DNA of 51,990 nt, taken from contig NW_021834339.1 in NCBI RefSeq assembly GCF_006345805.1, positions 1-51,990 of the forward strand, given 5' to 3'. A model generated the notes under the pieces. It was not told the DNA's origin. It was given only the letters and a program-made list of their open reading frames with translations, and made no database searches. Below, piece by piece: positions 39,578-51,990 of the stretch. The position numbers were made by a program, and so were the translations under genes. Source of the DNA: Octopus sinensis. Lineage: Eukaryota. The first letter of the stretch is position 1, and each line of letters opens with the position of its first letter.

Positions 39578-40403
39578 GAGGGTACGATGGGTAAATTGTT
39601 ACCTTTTTATATTTTTAATTTCGTGCATGCGCATTGTTTTTAATTTTGTCGACTACACAGTATGGTAGGGTCTGTTGGACACCGTCTATGAGAAAAACAG
39701 CACCATGACGCAATTCACTCTGCTAGAAATTTGTAAACGACATGCTGTAGTGCTTGGCGTTAGCGCCGGAAGCTCCAATATGAACAGATGGTGGACATAC
39801 AGAACAACCTTTGGCTTGCCGTGTCCCCAAAACATGTACCGGAAGTGATAGGAATCAAACATCTAACCAACGTCATTGTGTTTGGAGTGATCATTAATGA
39901 TGGTGACGTTATGCTTCCACTCATCTTCCTACACGGCCTCACACTCAACACGGGGGCCTACATCAAATACCCGGAGGAAGTAGTGCTGCCCTAGGGCAAG
40001 ATGGTGGCTGCTGGAAGACCCTACGCCTGGCAACAGGACTGTGCACCATTCTATACAAGCAGGAGAACCCAGTCATGGCTGTGAGACAATTTCTGCAATC
40101 GCATCACCCCTAACATCTAACAACTTAACTTCCCAGACTGCAACTCCCTTGATTATTATGTGTGGGGCGGTGTTGACCGAGAGACCGACAAAAGTCCTTG
40201 TAACACCAAAGATGAATTGAAGGCAAGGATTATGGCAGCGTTTACCAACTTAAACAAGGAGACAGTCCAGAAAAGTTGCAGAAGATTCCGAAGTCATCTG
40301 GAGACTGATTTTATTGAATAAACTTTGGTAAATATATCTGTTAAAGAGATGTCAGTGTTATTTTCATTTCGCATAATTTAGGCGACAGTTTATTCATACT
40401 GCA

Positions 40404-40405
<2 letters not shown>
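39577..40405 (+). mobile_element. maT/DD37D-like transposase relic
   Basis: VIVFGVIINDGDVM...GRPYAWQQDCAP..SRRTQSWL...PDCNSLDYYVWG...KDELKARI...CRRFRSHLE with stops. Ends are approximate. Confidence 0.85.
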
Positions 40406-40488
<83 letters not shown>

Positions 40489-40675
40489 TTATAATTGTTA
40501 ATTTCTAAATTATATAAATTATTTTATGTATTGGCTTAAGTCTTTCCTTGTTGATTTGCATAATAGTGGTTTTGTCTCTAATTTAATATAATTAATATTT
40601 TACTATAAAATTGGATTCAATCCTAAATCTGATTTTTCCCTGTAAATTTGGATTTATTCCCTAATATTTATTATT

Positions 40676-40720
<45 letters not shown>

Positions 40721-40798
40721 GATCAGATATATATATATATATATGTACATACATACATACACATGCATATATGAATTATATTACCAAATATATATAAG

Positions 40799-40840
<42 letters not shown>

Positions 40841-41090
40841 GTGATTCATTTCTGTGTTGAGAAACATGGTGTACAAGAAAAAAATCCCCCAAAAACAAAA
40901 AAACATCATGCACTGAAAAGGTTGGTTGTACGTGTCTGAATTATTTATAGACATCCGTATATACACACGCTCATACACACATTTATACTTACTTGCATAT
41001 ACATTATGTATATGTGTATTTATATTTGTGTGAATAAATATATGCATATATATATATATATATATATATATCCCCCTTATTATACACATG

Positions 41091-41121
<31 letters not shown>

Positions 41122-41312
41122 GTATTTGTATATATATATACGTACTTATATATCTTCTATACTTATATGTATTATACATACATTTATCCATACATACATA
41201 ATTTGCGTGTGTATGTGTCTAATTTGTGACTGTGTGTGTGTGTGTGTGTGTGCAATTGTTACTCTTTCTATCCTAATCGATTTAATGATTAGTTTCACAG
41301 ACAACAATGGCC

Positions 41313-41378
<66 letters not shown>

Positions 41379-41836
41379 CACACACACATTCACACAGTGA
41401 CACGCTCATATACATAGACATACAATCACATCCAATAGTATGCGCAACACACACACACACACGCACATACACACATAGACACGCGCACACCACACGCACA
41501 TGCACGCACGCACGCACGCACGCACGCACTCAGGCACCCCCTCCTCACGCACACACACGCCATAAGTACCCCCGCTTCCTTACAAGGCCAACTTGCATTA
41601 TTCATCTCCCTGTGGGTCGCTACACATTTACCATTGTCAACCATATTGTACGTTCAAACAGATGCACGCACTTCGATTAGGGGGTGAGGGGCAGGAGTGG
41701 AAGGCGAGCGTGTGTGTGAGTGAAGGTGGGAGGGCGTATGTATGTAGTAGGTAGGCAGGTGGGAAGGTAGGTATGCATGTATCTATCCTATTGTTTTTCT
41801 CTCTCTGAATAAACACACAAACACACACACATAAAC

Positions 41837-41869
<33 letters not shown>

Positions 41870-42079
41870 CATATATATGGACACACACACACACACATAT
41901 ATATATATGTATGTAAGTATATGTATACACACACATACACATGTATGTCACATGGTATATATCTGTGAGGGCGGTAACTGTAGCTATGGCAACGTGTATG
42001 CATGTATTTGGATGAGTGTGCGTATATATATGTCGTTAAGAAAATGTGTGTTGCGCGTGTATATATGTACGTATATATA

Positions 42080-42123
<44 letters not shown>

Positions 42124-42223
42124 CCAACGCATTTCTCTCTCTATTTATAATTTTATGTATGCATGTGTGTATGTATATATGCGCATATACATACATACAT
42201 ACATACATACATACATACATACA

Positions 42224-42283
<60 letters not shown>

Positions 42284-42452
42284 GTATGTGAAAAATACAA
42301 CATGGACAAGACATATTATATATACGCGCATGTAAAAATTCACACGTAAGAGTAAATGCATGCAAGCATAGAAACACAGAAATGTATAAATATATAGGGA
42401 TGTGTGTGTATATACATATGTATATGTGAATGTTACACATACGTACATATAA

Positions 42453-42499
<47 letters not shown>

Positions 42500-42737
42500 C
42501 TCACACATATATATACATACACATACATACATACAATACACACACATGCACATGCATATATGTGGAAGAAAAGCTCGATGCTATGTATGTTTAATCCTCG
42601 TATAATTATAGTCTTATATAGAAGGAGGTGCATATATGCAACGATGCATACATAAATCTATAATTTAAGTGTTTTTATGCGTTACACTGCACGTGTCGGT
42701 TGCTATGTGACCAAAGACTCGTGTTGTGTGTATATAT

Positions 42738-42778
<41 letters not shown>

Positions 42779-42967
42779 TAGCAGTGTGTATACACATATT
42801 CCTTTATGCTTTTATACATGCGTTTGCCTGCGTATAAAGACATTTATCTCGTACACTTATATCCATAATTTTACACACAGACACACAGACACACAGACAC
42901 ACACAACACACACACACACACACACACAGATATGTAAACATATATACATTGATATATGATCGCTGAT

Positions 42968-43560
42968 TTATTTGCCGGTGAAACATGATGTTGTAGGCAA
43001 GACAACGTGCAATGAGATCCGCCAGAACGATATTCCTGAGGCCACAGTATTGTAGAGGCCATATCCACTCATAAGAGAAAGAGTACTAGTGGGATGTCTA
43101 TGTGGGGAAGGCCTCAATAAAATGCAAAGATAATAGACCAGACATAGTAATTTGGGATAGAGACGAGAAACTCTGTACTGTAGAGGAAATGAGCTGTTCA
43201 GCTGATGCCAACATAAAGCTAAAAAGAAAACGCTGAACTATTGAGAAATTTACAGCTACTCTACCCAGATTAGATTTATACCCGTAATTAGCGAGGTACA
43301 AGGATATGTAATAAACTGCCTTAGCAACCAACTTGTGAAATTAGGCTTCTCAAAACCTGAAAGAAGAATGCTAATTAGAAGATTGCAGATTCAAGCCATC
43401 GATGGAACTGTTAAAATATATGAAACTTTGCAAAAGTTTTGTATAAATGAACATATCGAGGCATGCCAGTAGATGAATGAGAATGCATGCATAAAACATC
43501 AACATTTGTTCTGACTCCGGGTATTGCACATGTGCACACAAACATGCACAACTGCTGTTG
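42968..43560 (+). mobile_element. Decayed RLE-type non-LTR retrotransposon 3' fragment
   Basis: RPDIVIWDRDEKLCTVEEMSCSADANIKLK (PD..E RLE motif) and LGFSKPERRMLIRRLQIQAIDGTVKIYETLQKF. Confidence 0.8.
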
Positions 43561-43896
43561 ATGCAGTTCAGATTCCTTTGAGGAGGAGACTTGGATCTTG
43601 GGGCATTTTCCGATGCTCTGGCGTTTTCCTCAATCTATCGCCCTCACCGGGGATCGAACTCAGAAGATATGACACAATTAAATACTGCAATGTATTCTGT
43701 TGGCTTCTCTAACCGTTTTGCCATCCAATAACATCAGAGTTCTCTCTCTCTCTTCTCTCTCTCAACACACACACACACGCACATACACGCACAAACAAAC
43801 AAACACACACACACACACACACACATCTAATCACGCACCCATGTATGTAGGTGTATGTACTGATAACACGTATCTATCTATCTATCTATCTATCTA

Positions 43897-43986
<90 letters not shown>

Positions 43987-43994
43987 CCTGTCTG

Positions 43995-44044
<50 letters not shown>

Positions 44045-44050
44045 CATCTG

Positions 44051-44097
<47 letters not shown>

Positions 44098-44171
44098 GTC
44101 TATCCATCTGTCTATCTATCTATTTACATATATATGCACATATGTACAAATGTATAAATATGCATGCATAT

Positions 44172-44218
<47 letters not shown>

Positions 44219-45671
44219 ATATTACGTATATATATATTGTGTATACATTATATACATATGTATAACATGTATAACATCTATAATATACGTCTATATATAT
44301 TTGTAATATATACATACATATATAGTATGCATGTATGTATATATGCACACGAGTAAACATTATTACGTGTGTGCGTCTGAGCTCGCGCGTGTGAGTGTGT
44401 GTGTGTTTGACTATAAAGTGTCAGCGATGTAAAGCGAGGTCTCCCCCATTTACAACAAAAACATTGTAATTGTGTGTAATTTCCCCATTCAGCCTCCATT
44501 TTGAAAGAACGGAGTCCATCTTGATTGTACAACAAACGTTTGTTGTCCACCGTTCAATAAATAATATATGACCTCTGTGTATATGTGTGTGTGTGGGTGT
44601 GCGTGCGTAAATGTATGCATGAGTGTGTTCGACTGTGTGTGTGTATGTTTATGCCGTTCTTTATCCGTTTCTGTGCGCATTTCTGCTCTGTGCATGTTGT
44701 GTGTTTCTAAGCGTCGCATGCGTGTATGTATGCATGTTTTTGTAAGTTTTAATGCGGATATGTGCGTACGTGAGTATTTTGTGTATGTGTGTGCAGGATG
44801 TGTGTGTATGTGTATGTTTATATAAATGTGTGTATATGGGTTGTTATTGTTATTGTCACTCCTCTTCTCATACGTCGGTGCGTCACTGTGGCTTGTTTGT
44901 TGTTGTTGTTGTTCGTATTATTCGTCGAAACCTCAACGGTAATTTTATTGTTGCATTTTTTATTAATGGTCGTCGTCTTGTTGTCGTTGTTGTTATTGTT
45001 AATAGAAGTATTGTTATTGCTGTTAATGTTATTGCTGTTAATGTTATTGCAAGCCCTGTTTCTTCCGCTAAAACAATATTGACCAAACCACAGCTAAACG
45101 GGAAGACGAGTCAAAAAAAAACCGAACGCCACTAAATAATTTCAATTCTTGTTTGGCGCTAATTTCCCTCATTCAAAGTTTTTGTCTTATTCGTATTTTT
45201 TTTTTCTTTTTCTTTTTGAAACTGAAGAATAGCAAAAACCATACTCTGCTATTCTTGATGCCCAGTCTGATCTAGACATCTGTTGGTCACTATCTCAGAC
45301 TAGACCTGTGTCATTGAAGTGACCAATGTCCAGTCTTAACATCTGTAGGTCGATGTCGCCAAGAGTAGTTACATGACAACCCCCACGACCACAACCGCCA
45401 CCGCCACCACCATTATCACCACTGAAACCTTTACGTTTTGGGCCCTTGACCTGCTACAAATAACAGTCACACAAGCAGAGACGGAACGTTACATCATGTC
45501 ATCCTACAGACTCCAGAAAAAGACGGGATGGTCATTGCTGGAATGCCTTTTAATATACGTTCACTTCATCAGAGATGAGATGGAGCTCATGAAAAAGAAC
45601 AAACACAGCAACAACAGAAATAAAAAGTTTCTGAATAGAGTCGAAGGGCAGGAATTTTGGGGGAAGGGGGT

Positions 45672-46084
45672 TGATCGATTGTAGAAAGTGCGTAACTGGT
45701 ACGTTAACTATAATGGCCCCCGAAAGAATGAAAGATAAAGTCGACCACGACGGGATTTGAACTCAGGATGTAAAGAGTTGGAATGAAATGGCGCAAAGCA
45801 TTTTGTCTGAGGCCCAAACGATTCCGCCAATCCACCACCACCACAGAAAACAAAAATAACAACAATAATGGTTTAAAAATTTGGCACAAGGCTAGCAGGG
45901 TTTGAGGGGAGGGGCAAGTCGACTACATCGACCCCCAGTGTATCACTGGTATTTATTTTATCAACCCCGAAAGGATGAAAGGCAAAGTCGACTTCGGCGG
46001 AATTTGAACTCAGAATGTAAAGACGGACAAAATGTCGCTAAGTGTTTTTGTCCGGCGTGTTACCGATTCTGCCAGCTCGCTGCT
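45672..46084 (-). mobile_element. Two adjacent SINE family A copies (45672-45830, 45870-46084)
   Basis: Each contains aagtcgac..cgg.atttgaactcag. Confidence 0.8.
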
Positions 46085-46775
46085 TTTTAGCAACAACAAC
46101 AATAGCAACAAGACGAATAAAACTTTAACCTAAACACGCTGTCCAAATATTTACCATTGTCATTAATCACGATATTCTGTTTGGCCCAGATTGATATATA
46201 CACATATATACACAATCATACATACAAATAGACTATTTCTAAAAATAGCAACCATCCTTGCAAAACATACATACAAGACTGGAGACGAAGAAAAAAGTTT
46301 GGTCATTCTCCTAAAATTCTTATAAAGAATTATGTTTTCTGATGAACTTTTGTCAAAGCAACACACACTTTCTCCTATCAAATCCTGTCCACAAATTCTT
46401 TCTGTATATTTGCTTATAAACAATCATGATTTTTGATGAACTTATAAACAATTATGAATTTATTTTACTGCCTATCTTGAACTCTATTACGTAAACTGTT
46501 AGAACACAAAGCCTCTCTTAGCAATTTCTTATCGTTGTCAAAGACTCTACCACTGTATTTTAATACATCTACGTTAAATAATTCTTAACACTGCAAAGAC
46601 TACACAAAGCCTTACACTTTACTTTTGAGAATCTTTTTTGAAAAAAATGTGAAACCGGTCAAGTCAATAAGCATCTTTAAAAGACCTCAGCATTTTAAAA
46701 TCCTCTCCCCTATATATTTTCACTCGTGTGTGTGTGTGTGTGTGTGTATGTGTGTGTGTGTGTATATATATATAT

Positions 46776-47005
46776 ATTTCTTTACTGCCCACAAGGGGCT
46801 AAACACAGACGGGACAAATAAGGACAGACGAACGGATTAAGTCGATTATATCGACCCCAGTGTGTAACTGGTACTTAATTTATCGACCCCGAAAGGATGA
46901 AAGGCAAAGTCGACCTCGGCGGAATTTGAACTCGGAACGTGACGACAGACGAAATACAGCTACGCATTTCGCCCAGCGTGCTAACGTTTCTGCCAGCTCG
47001 CCGCC
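46776..47005 (-). mobile_element. SINE family A
   Basis: Near-identical to 20731-20955. Confidence 0.85.
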
Positions 47006-47056
47006 TTTATATATATATATATACATACACATATATCCAATCTCTCTCTCTCTCTC

Positions 47057-47103
<47 letters not shown>

Positions 47104-47479
47104 ATACATAGATACATACAGACGTACATACACGCACACACACACACACGCGCACGCACTCACGCATACACACATACACACGCTCACTGACACACAATCA
47201 CAATCGCAGACACACGCAATCACACACACATAAACACACGCAAACACACAAACACAGGTAACACAGAGACTCGAATACAAACACACACATGCATTCGCCA
47301 ACACACACACACACCCACAGACACACACATACACTCAAACACTGGCGCACAAACACATAGACACAATCACACACAGACACACACTTACTCCCCCACGCCA
47401 CACACACAGTGCACCAAAGTGGAAGTCTGGTGAGGGTTGTGAACAATTGAAACACAGATGAACGAGGGCAGAAGATTAA

Positions 47480-48065
47480 AGCAGCGTAGCCTGGTGGTTA
47501 GAGAGTTGGGCTCACGATATTTAGGTCTGGGGATCGATTCTCGAACAAGACGATATGTTGCGTTCTTGAGCAAGACACTTCATTTCACTTCCGCTTCAGT
47601 TTCATTCAGTTGTAAATGAGTACCATCAACAGCTGGGAAGTTAACCCTGCGAGGCACTGGGGTACCATCCAGGGTAGGACGAGTTTCGTCATCTTAGAAC
47701 GCGTTGCCTTCTGCCTGTCCTGTGTATCGCACAAGGCATTTTCCCCTGGGGTCCAGGTTTAATCTATGGTACACAGTGTGGAGGCGCGTGTCTTGGTGGT
47801 TAGACTAATTGGCTCATGATTGCAAGGTTGTCAGTTCGATTCCCGGCTTTGCATCATGTCCTTGCGGGAGACGCTTTATTTTACGTTGCTCCAGTCCATA
47901 CAGTTATACCTGTAATTCAAAGGGGTCATGCTGAATCTCCTTGAGAATTATGTTAAGCTTTGGTGTGTCTGTGGAATACTCAGCCACTTACGTGTTAATT
48001 TCACGAGCAGGCTGTTCTGTTGATCAACTGGAACACTCATCGTCGAGGTCGACGGAGGACCAGTT
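47480..48065 (+). mobile_element. Two degenerate tRNA-headed SINEs (47480-47700, 47780-48065)
   Basis: tggtggttag A-box and gatcgattc/gttcgattcc B-box. The second ends with the family B tail cacgagcaggctgttc. Confidence 0.6.
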
Positions 48066-48360
48066 TTATGGTGCACATTCCCCATTTTTTTTTTCAACCA
48101 TCAGAGTAACTTGGAACTTAGGAAAGGGTCAATTGAAAGTCTAAAAACAAACGAAGAACCTTATAAAAATGCTTTGGACATGCAAACGGTCAAACCTATC
48201 GGAGACCCGGTGACCATCAGCCTCAGGACCCAACTGAACTCAAGGCAAACCTTTTTCTCATTCCTTTCTTACGACTGGAGCTAGTTATTTCGGTGAAGCA
48301 GTGGCTTCACCAGTTGACATCCGGTGTTGGTTTATCTATGTTCTCATAACTTAGCAGTTA

Positions 48361-48777
48361 CTCTTTTACTCTTTTACTCTTTTACTTGTTTCAGTCATTT
48401 GATTGCGGCCATGCTGGAGCACCGCTTTTAATCGAGCAACTCGACCCCGGGACTTATTCTTTTGTAAGCCCAGTACTTATTCTATCGGTCTCTTTTGCCG
48501 AACCGCTAAGTAACGGGGACATAAACACACCAGCATCGGTTGTCAAGCAATGCTAGGGGGACAAACACAGACACACAAACACACACACGCATATATATAT
48601 ATATATATACATATATACGACAGGCTTCTTTGAGTTTCCATCTACCAAATCCACTCACAAGGTTTGGTCGGCCCGAGGCTATAGAAGAAGACACTTGCCC
48701 AAGGTGCCACGCAGTGGGACTGAACCCAGAACCATGTGGCTGGTAAGCAAGCTACTTACCACACAACCACTCCTGCC
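48361..48777 (-). mobile_element. SINE family C
   Basis: gtggcaccttgggcaagtgtctt CORE-like motif; (CTTTTA)n tail on +. Confidence 0.8.
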
Positions 48778-49056
48778 CAATTTCTAAAACAATAAGTACT
48801 GGATTCAATCTGTTCGACTAAACACCTACAGCATGGCCGCAGTCTGGTGACTGACTCAGTTAAAAGATAAAAAGAAGAAATTGAAACCGTACAAATCGAG
48901 TGCGAGCACCGCATTAACCGAGGGACAGCTACACAAACAGAAAAACTGGAAAATCAGACGCTGGGACGGATATCTAAGCCTTGTGGTTGTTTAGTATAAA
49001 TCCGTCCTTAACAAGCAAAACTATGTTGACAGGAGATCCAGAAATGACCACCCTGT

Positions 49057-49361
49057 CAGTGTTTCTCCACCGGGGACCACATGACCTTTGGGGGACCACA
49101 TGACCTTTGGGGGACCACATGACCTTTGGGGGACCACATGACCTTTGGGGGACCACATGAAATTTTGTTGCTAAAATTTATCTGCAATAAATGGGTTATA
49201 ATTCCACAAAACACAAAATATTTGAACATTTCTTAAAATACAATTCCTAATAATATAAAAATATAAAAGGGTTTTTCGGACAAGGAATAATTAGGAGGGT
49301 CCACTCGAATAAACTCGGGATCAAAGGGGTCCGCGGGCAAAAAAAGGGTTGGGAACCACAA
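49057..49361. mobile_element. hAT (Charlie-like) MITE with internal 19-bp tandem repeat
   Basis: Imperfect TIRs cagtgtttctccacc / ggttgggaaccac. GGGGACCACATGACCTTTG x4.7 at 49072-49160. Confidence 0.65.
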
Positions 49362-49490
49362 ATCTATATCAAATGTATCCTTTCATTTTATTTGGGAAGA
49401 CAGCGATTTGAAGGAGATTTAGCTGATGTGTTTAGCAGTCTGAACGACCATGTAGACGTAGATATATGAATGGATACGTGTGTATACGTG

Positions 49491-50020
49491 TGGAGGCGCA
49501 ATGGCCCAGTGGTTAGGGCAGTGGAGGCGCAATGGCCCAGTGGTTAGGGCAGCAGACTCGTGGTCGTAGATACGCGGTTTCGATTCCCAGACCGGGCATT
49601 GTAAGTGTTTATTGAGCGAAAACAGGTAAAGGTCTACGAGGCTCCGGAAGGGGTTGATGGCGAACCCTGCTGTACTCTTTCACCACAACTTTCTCTCACT
49701 CTTTCTTCCTGTTCCTGTTGTACCTGTATTTCAAAGGACCAGCCTTGTCACACTGAATATCCCCGAGAACTACGTTAAGGGTACACGTGTCTGCGGAGTA
49801 CTCAGCCACTTGCACGTTAATAAATGAGCTGCGACGTCACAGGTGCCAAGCTGTGTCGGCCCCTTTGCCTTTCCCTTGGATAACATCGGTGGCATGGAAA
49901 CGGGAGGCTGGAATGCATGGGCGACTGCTGGCCTTCCATAAACAACCTTGCCCAGACTTGCGCCTCGGAGGGTAACTATCTAGGTGCAATCCCATGGTCA
50001 GTCATGACCGAAGGGGGGTC
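49491..50020 (+). mobile_element. SINE family B with duplicated head and alternative tail
   Basis: Exact 31-bp head duplication; homology to 20346-20730 stops near 49821. Confidence 0.8.
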
Positions 50021-50420
50021 ACAACAACGTGTACGTGTGAGTATATATAATAGTGTGTGTGTGTATGCGTGTGTTATAACGTAATTGTTAAAGTTGATAA
50101 CTTTCGCAATAAGTTTAATATCAACAAATTAACTCTGATGTTACATTACTACAGAGGTAAATCGCACGGGCATACACACACACTTGCATACACACACACA
50201 ACATGTATATACTTACATGTACTCACACACATATATGTATGTTTATACATAAAAATGTATATCTGTACATACATAAGAACATACCGCATAGAGACATATA
50301 CATACATGCACACACACATATATATTATATATAGATGCACATATACGTGTACATATCTATAAGTGCGTGTGTGTATGTGCAGCGCACGAATGTATACATA
50401 ATACACACACGTATATATTT

Positions 50421-50586
50421 ATGTGGCTGTGTGGTAACTAGCTTGCTTACCAACCACATGGTTCCGGGTTCAGTCCCACTGCGTGGCACCTTGGGTAAGT
50501 GTCTTGTATTATAGCCTCGCACCGACCAAAGCCTTGTGAGTGGATTTAGTAGACGGAAACTGAAAGAAGCCTGTCGTATATATGTG

Positions 50587-50660
<74 letters not shown>

Positions 50661-51012
50661 TGTTTGTTACCCCATCATCGTTTGACAACCGATGCTGGTG
50701 TGTTTACGTCCCTGTAACCGACCAAAGCCTTGTGAGTAGATTTAGTAGACGGAAACTGAAAGAAGCCTGTCGTATATATTTATATATATATGTATGTGTG
50801 TGTGTGTTTGAACGTCTGTGTTTGTCCCCCTAGCATTGCTTGACAACCGATGGTGGTGTGTTTACTTCCGCGTAACTTAGCGGTTCGGCGAAAGAGACCG
50901 ATAGAATAAGTACTGGGCTTACAAAGAATAAGTCGTGGGGTCGATTTGCTCGACTAAAGGCGGTGCTCCAGCAAGGCCACAGTCAAATGACTGAAACAAG
51001 TAAAAGAGTAAA
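50421..51012 (+). mobile_element. SINE family C with internal duplication
   Basis: The segment accgaccaaagccttgtgag...acaaccgatg occurs twice. Confidence 0.8.
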
Positions 51013-51296
51013 GGAGTATATACACACACACGCACGCACACACTAAAAGCATCACCACAACCAGCAACAACAACAACAGCAACATCAACAGCAAATGCAA
51101 ACGTCAACACATTTTCCTACAAAGTTTTGCATCGACAAAAACAAGACAACCCCGACTCGATGACGATGTCGGAGGCGTTGGCGATGTTAACGCTCTGACG
51201 TGGGGGTCGAGCCTGGCTGTGGACAAACCACCGGGTCTGCTATAGTATTAATAAAAAGGGGACAGGTGAACAGGGAGACAGTGAAACCCTTCTTAC

Positions 51297-51372
51297 CTGC
51301 TGTATGTTGGTTAATGATCCACAATAAAAGAGGTAACACCAGCACAGCTAACGCGCGTCGACTGTACTCCAT
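51297..51372 (-). CDS. Coding exon 1 (signal peptide) of NCAM/Fasciclin-2-like Ig adhesion gene
   Basis: ATG at 51372 in context gaagcgATGG. Encodes MEYSRRALAVLVLPLLLWIINQHTA (basic N-region, hydrophobic core). Ends at CAG|GTAAGA, phase 1, joining the AA of exon 2 to give E. Intron 1 spans 31183-51296. Confidence 0.8.
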
Positions 51373-51930
51373 CGCTTCTCCTGTATACACTGTCGCTATA
51401 CTAACCGGCTCGGCTCGGCTTGTCTATATATATATAGATGTATATATAGATGTGTGTGTGTGTGTGGCTGTGAGTGCGCGTGTGTGGCTGTGGATGTGTG
51501 CCTCTCTCTATATATTAGTGCAAACTCATTTGTACGCGTATCGTGTGTACATTTATATTATATTACTTGCAAATCCGGGTGTATATATCTGTGTTTATGT
51601 TTGTATAGGGGCGGAGTGGACTTCTGCGAGCGTTTCGCGTTTATGTGCATCAATGCACGCGCATATGTGGAAACTGTTTAATCTAATATACATGCTAGAC
51701 GTACATGTTCTCTATAATATATAATGTGTTGATATATATATATAATATATATATATATATATTATATATATATATATATTATATATATATATATATATAT
51801 TATATATTATATACACGCACACAAAACACTCGTATTATATTACTAGCCGGTTCTGTGTGCGTGTGTGTGTGTGCGTATGTGTATATATATATATCTTGTA
51901 TATGTGTGTGTATTTGTAAGCGTAACACTT

Positions 51931-51990
<60 letters not shown>

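Larger units (their letters stand above)
1..51990. repeat. Pervasive microsatellites: (TA)n, (CA)n, (TATC)n, (CATA)n, (AAT)n, (GAT)n, (CT)n
   Basis: Examples: (GT)n 1600-1690, (TATC)n 5960-6310 and 43870-44120, (AAT/GAT)n 8828-9110, (CT)n 51935-51990. Confidence 0.98.

Noticed and set aside
46330-46370. CTGATGA-cttt/aaag hairpin as a hammerhead
   Set aside because: GAAA is missing and stem I does not pair. The same applies to CTGATGA on the minus strand near 26065 and CTGAAGA near 7591.

Overview
AT-rich, microsatellite-saturated eukaryotic DNA; the repeat landscape suggests an octopus or other cephalopod (inference, not verified). One protein-coding gene is supported: a minus-strand NCAM/Fasciclin-2/apCAM-like Ig cell-adhesion gene. 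Its exons are signal peptide 51297-51372, Ig1 31020-31182 and 25733-25875, and Ig2 23276-23410 plus a 138-nt exon present in two identical copies (12852-12989 and 10582-10719) within a ~2.27-kb tandem duplication. Splice phases are compatible throughout, giving MEYSRRALAVLVLPLLLWIINQHTA-ESLELVVFP...NCM...W...DAGRFTC...LNVYQSIIYVDCP...RCVV...SW...GPTYAQERNGLRILNVTAEDAAIYTC...RVRVI. The rest of the gene probably lies left of the window. Introns are filled with tRNA-derived SINEs, R4/Dong-like RLE retrotransposon remnants, RTE, mariner/maT, hAT, Tigger and Helentron-like fragments. Highlights: (i) a complete minimal type I hammerhead ribozyme fold inside a Penelope pLTR/retrozyme-like inverted+tandem repeat (561-1306), plus two degenerate hammerhead-like motifs; (ii) a ~555-bp non-coding element found only inside (TAA)n tracts; (iii) the duplicated symmetric exon, which may be real or an assembly artefact; (iv) a degenerate ~38-bp minisatellite that superficially resembles a CRISPR array. 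Almost all ORFs in the supplied track are microsatellite read-through.
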